From an uncultured Alphaproteobacteria bacterium (GTDB taxonomy: Bacteria; Pseudomonadota; Alphaproteobacteria; Rs-D84): a DNA stretch of 64,000 bases. The stretch lies in assembly GCA_944389555.1 (NCBI GenBank), contig CALXMU010000001.1:68676-132675 (forward strand), in the 5' to 3' direction. The notes beneath the pieces were generated by a model, which saw only the letters and a program-made list of their open reading frames with translations, did no database searches and was not told the DNA's origin. The position numbers and the translations under genes are program-made. Positions 60,496 through 64,000 of this stretch are shown here, in pieces (the stretch's first letter is position 1; every line of letters begins with the position of its first letter).

Positions 60496-60858
60496 ATGAA
60501 TTCTGATATTGATAAGTTGGCGAATCTTTTGGGGCTTAGTTCTTATCAAAGAAATGTTTTGAAAGCGAACCCTGATATTTATAAGTTATCTGGTTTAATA
60601 AAAAGGGGAAGAGCTTTATACGCCCCACGTAATATAACATCACATAAAATTTTGAATTTCTTATACGTTTTGTTTTTAGGTAAAAGTGCTGATTTGATAG
60701 GTAAAGATAAAATGTTGGTTCGTGATTCTCGAGGAATAGAGTTTTGTGCAGGCGGTTTTTATAGCGCCCCTATCGGGCGCCGTTATAGATATTATGCCGA
60801 TGATGATGGTAATATAATTACACGTGAAACATTCATCAGAGAAACGTATCGAAAATAA
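60496..60858 (+). CDS. Hypothetical protein (120 aa)
   Basis: ORF only. Confidence 0.35.
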   Translation: MNSDIDKLANLLGLSSYQRNVLKANPDIYKLSGLIKRGRALYAPRNITSHKILNFLYVLFLGKSADLIGKDKMLVRDSRGIEFCAGGFYSAPIGRRYRYYADDDGNIITRETFIRETYRK

Positions 60859-60867
60859 TTCCTTTTT

Positions 60868-63342
60868 TTAGAATTTATTATGAGTACTTACAAAATCTCT
60901 CATAAATGTCGGATCAAAGTTTTTCATTATTTCTGATAATGAGTACTTTCTAGAATTATCCGGGTTTATTGTCAATTCTATCGGTGCCGGAATAGGGGAA
61001 GTACCGCGTAAAACTAAATCAAAAGATGCGCTCATCATACCGTCTGTTATTGATAATTCTCCTGTTCCGTCTGTATGGCGCAGGCTTAAAGAAATCGGCT
61101 TCGTTGTTGTGAAGTTGCCGTTATCATATTTTCCTATGACTCGCATATTTTTTATCCGAGATTCTCCTTCTTCTAATGCATAAGACAAAGCGTATTCCGC
61201 ATTAAATGTTGTTATTGTTTCCGCGGCGGCAAAGAAATCGTCTACACCAATTCCGACAAGGTAACCACCTTCAAATGTTAAATCTAAGTCTCCGGTCATA
61301 TTATATTCTAAATCGTGTGCAATATTACCAGATGTATTCATTAGAATTTCGGCCGTAATCATCGTGTCGCGTATATTTAACGGCATTTTTGAAGAAAGTA
61401 ATGTACCGTCAATTATAAAACGATTTAACTGTGCAAATATATCGTACTTACTTCCGTTGCGCTTAAATGTAGCAAGTAAATTTCCACGGTCATTATCTGT
61501 GATAGAAAAAGTTTGTATGTTAGGTTTTAATGAATATACAAACTTTTTAAACATTGTTCCGTTATACATAATTGCATCTGCAGAAAGCGATATATTTACT
61601 GGCAATAAAAATGGTATGGTTATTGGTGCGGCAGTTAAGTAACCAAGTTCTTCATAATTATCCAAGTAATTTTGATTTATAAAAGAATCAATATTTAATA
61701 CATCTGTGTGTAGAGTTATGTTTTTACCGCTGACGCTTCCTGTAAAAGTGTGTCCTGCCAGTTGTATTTGTAGATTAGATACGTTCTCACCTTTATATGT
61801 ACCTGATACTGTATATTCTAAGTCATTAAAAGCTTGTAAATCTATATCGGGAAACCATTCTTTGGCGTTGTTGCCAGATATATAAAAATAGGTTTTTGTT
61901 AAATATAATTCCCATTGCTTTGATTTCGGAACAAAGTGCATCATGTCGCCGTCCCAAGAGAAATCGCCAACGGAGTTTTGCATAAATTTTGGTATCTGTT
62001 TCAAATTCGGGTCTAGCCAAGTTAAGGACTTCCCATAAGCAAATTTATATGTTGGGATAATTTTTTCACCGTCTATATCGTAAGTACCGGCAATATCTGC
62101 AAATTCAAAGTCTATGTGACCACGGGGGGCAAGTTTTAATAATTTTTTTATAATATCACTTCTTTCTGGCATAGTTTTTTTTGAATAAATAAGTAAGTCA
62201 AATTTTTCTGGTGATACGGATATTGCGCCCACGTAATCATCGTAGGAAAATTTCGTACATCTCCACGTTTGTGGCGTACCGTAAAAAGTACATGTCGCTG
62301 GGACGCCATCATAAGGCATGGTTATAAGCAAATCTTGCGCACCATCGGCGTCTATTTTACCACCAGTTATGGCAATATCATCTGCAACAATATTTGTAAT
62401 ATTTAGCGCGTCTTTGGTGCCTGTTGCGTTTATTTTTAAATGTTCAAATACCCGTTCACCAAATTTTAATGCACCGTGAAAATCTAAATCAAATTTAGTT
62501 TGATAGAAAATTCTTGATGGCTCTGTTAAAAAAGATAGGTCGTAAGTTATATTATTACCATAAAGTTGAACAGTCTTTTCGCCATTCGGCATTATAGTTA
62601 TATTACCCCTTATGTTACCCATATCTATATTTTCAAATTTCCAACCACGACCACCATCCCAATCAAAATTCATTGTTAAATCTATCGTACGGTCAATACG
62701 AGGTTCAGAAAAACCAAACCAGTTATTTATGTTATCTGTTTCCATGGATATTTGACCGCGAGCCGCACCATCTGCAAATAATCGACCTGATATTTCTAAT
62801 TTATCGTTTTGATTTCTTACATAAAACTCATCGTTTTCAAAATCAACATCATATTTATGGTTATTAGTGCGTATAACACCGATTAAATGATTATCATAAA
62901 GAGTAGCATTTATTATTTCGAATTCTCGATTCCTAAAATTTACGTTGGAATTATGTACTTCAACAGGAGCGTTAAATCCCTGCGGAATTAAACTGTTTAT
63001 AGAAACATCTGCGTTATATATTGAAACTTTCCCGGTAAGCTTTGCCGATTCCAAATTAAATATGCTTGTAATTGGGATGCTGAACATAATTGAACCGATG
63101 GTTCCTTGTTTTATTGATATATCATTTGCGACTATGGTAGCACGCCCTAATAGGCTAAAATGTATATCCCCGTTTATTTTTGCGGTAATACCAGTTTGTT
63201 CAGTTATTGCTTGTTCTATCTTAGGTTTCAGGTGATTTAATGTAATCATCGGAGGAATTAAAACAATCCCCATCACTAAGACGCCTAGTGTTGCTATTAT
63301 AGACCAAAATATTCTGCGCTTATATCTAGGTTTTAGTGCCAT
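60868..63342 (-). CDS. AsmA-family outer-membrane assembly protein (N-terminal TM anchor + large periplasmic domain)
   Basis: 824 aa; N-terminal TM IFWSIIATLGVLVMGIVLIPPMI; AsmA-like repetitive beta-rich domain. Confidence 0.6.
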   Translation of the reverse strand: MALKPRYKRRIFWSIIATLGVLVMGIVLIPPMITLNHLKPKIEQAITEQTGITAKINGDIHFSLLGRATIVANDISIKQGTIGSIMFSIPITSIFNLESAKLTGKVSIYNADVSINSLIPQGFNAPVEVHNSNVNFRNREFEIINATLYDNHLIGVIRTNNHKYDVDFENDEFYVRNQNDKLEISGRLFADGAARGQISMETDNINNWFGFSEPRIDRTIDLTMNFDWDGGRGWKFENIDMGNIRGNITIMPNGEKTVQLYGNNITYDLSFLTEPSRIFYQTKFDLDFHGALKFGERVFEHLKINATGTKDALNITNIVADDIAITGGKIDADGAQDLLITMPYDGVPATCTFYGTPQTWRCTKFSYDDYVGAISVSPEKFDLLIYSKKTMPERSDIIKKLLKLAPRGHIDFEFADIAGTYDIDGEKIIPTYKFAYGKSLTWLDPNLKQIPKFMQNSVGDFSWDGDMMHFVPKSKQWELYLTKTYFYISGNNAKEWFPDIDLQAFNDLEYTVSGTYKGENVSNLQIQLAGHTFTGSVSGKNITLHTDVLNIDSFINQNYLDNYEELGYLTAAPITIPFLLPVNISLSADAIMYNGTMFKKFVYSLKPNIQTFSITDNDRGNLLATFKRNGSKYDIFAQLNRFIIDGTLLSSKMPLNIRDTMITAEILMNTSGNIAHDLEYNMTGDLDLTFEGGYLVGIGVDDFFAAAETITTFNAEYALSYALEEGESRIKNMRVIGKYDNGNFTTTKPISLSLRHTDGTGELSITDGMMSASFDLVLRGTSPIPAPIELTINPDNSRKYSLSEIMKNFDPTFMRDFVSTHNKF

Positions 63343-63430
63343 TCTCTCTTTCCTTGTATTTTGATTATAATGAATTATATTATAACTTGTGAATAAAAAA
63401 ATATTTGATCTTCAAAGCGATTATAAACCT

Positions 63431-64000
63431 ATGGGCGACCAACCGCAGGCAATATCAGAATTAGTTGCGGGCGTCAATGATGGTCGGCGTAGTCAGGTTT
63501 TACTAGGCGTTACCGGTTCAGGAAAGACCTTTACTATGGCCAACGTCATCGCAAAGTTAGGGCGACCGGCAATGATTATGGCTCCTAATAAAATCCTTGC
63601 TGCTCAGTTGTATACAGAAATGAAATCTTTTTTCCCGAATAATCACGTGGAATATTTCGTTTCTTATTATGATTATTATCAACCAGAAGCATATCTGCCA
63701 ACAACTGATACTTATATAGATAAAGATGCTTCCATAAATGAACAATTAGACCGTATGCGCCACAGTGCAACACGTGCAATGCTGGAAGAAAGAGATGTTG
63801 TTGTTGTTTCTTCTGTTTCGTCTATTTATGGTATGGGGTCACCAGAGCAATATTCTGGTATGAAATTAGTTTTGCATTCAGGTGATAAAATCAGTATTTC
63901 TGACGTGATGCACGCGCTGGTAGATATTCAGTATAAACGTAATGATATGTCTTTTGAGCGCGGTTGTTTTCGCGTTCGTGGTGATACGTTAGATTTGTTC
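63431..64000 (+). CDS. uvrB: Excinuclease ABC subunit B. The N-terminal 190 aa are present; the gene continues beyond the window.
   Basis: GDQPQAI, Walker [21 protein letters not shown] motif. There is an in-frame stop just upstream, so the N-terminus is slightly shorter than in E. coli. Confidence 0.9.
   Translation, partial: MGDQPQAISELVAGVNDGRRSQVLLGVTGSGKTFTMANVIAKLGRPAMIMAPNKILAAQLYTEMKSFFPNNHVEYFVSYYDYYQPEAYLPTTDTYIDKDASINEQLDRMRHSATRAMLEERDVVVVSSVSSIYGMGSPEQYSGMKLVLHSGDKISISDVMHALVDIQYKRNDMSFERGCFRVRGDTLDLF

Overview
This is an AT-rich (~33-35% GC), gene-dense bacterial chromosomal window. The gene content looks like a reduced-genome alphaproteobacterium, possibly a Rickettsiales/Holosporales-type intracellular lineage, but that assignment is a low-confidence inference. 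Most of the window is housekeeping: mreB, rnpA-yidD, accBC, metG, queH, fabDG, mnmG, ileS (eukaryote-like type), nth, pheST, rplT-rpmI, mreCD-mrdA-rodA, topA, dnaG, ychF, lpxK/lpxC, gyrB, ung, aspS, asmA-like and uvrB. There are six tRNAs and many rho-independent terminators. The accessory content is: (1) a virB3-virB4 type IV secretion module with two small secreted proteins; (2) a ~9.8 kb integrative element inserted into the 3' half of a tRNA-Met(CAU) gene, bounded by a 47-bp direct repeat. It carries a P4-like tyrosine integrase, an AlpA-like regulator, a TOPRIM primase and an AAA ATPase, so it resembles a satellite-phage/PICI-like element. Its cargo is a three-gene operon that reads as a CBASS anti-phage system of the 'type II-short' kind: HNH-SAVED effector (Cap5-like), cGAS/DncV-like nucleotidyltransferase, and an E2-only Cap2-like protein. 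The element also has an unexplained structured non-coding segment and three small membrane/secreted ORFs; (3) a partial R64-type type IVb pilus module (pilO/P/Q/R-like) with no pilin, secretin or prepilin peptidase in the window; (4) a PagL-like lipid A deacylase, a tandem-ArsR regulator with a divergent CxxC membrane protein, and a non-zinc L36 gene below the ORF cutoff. All functional calls come from motif recognition in the translated ORFs; no database searches were run.
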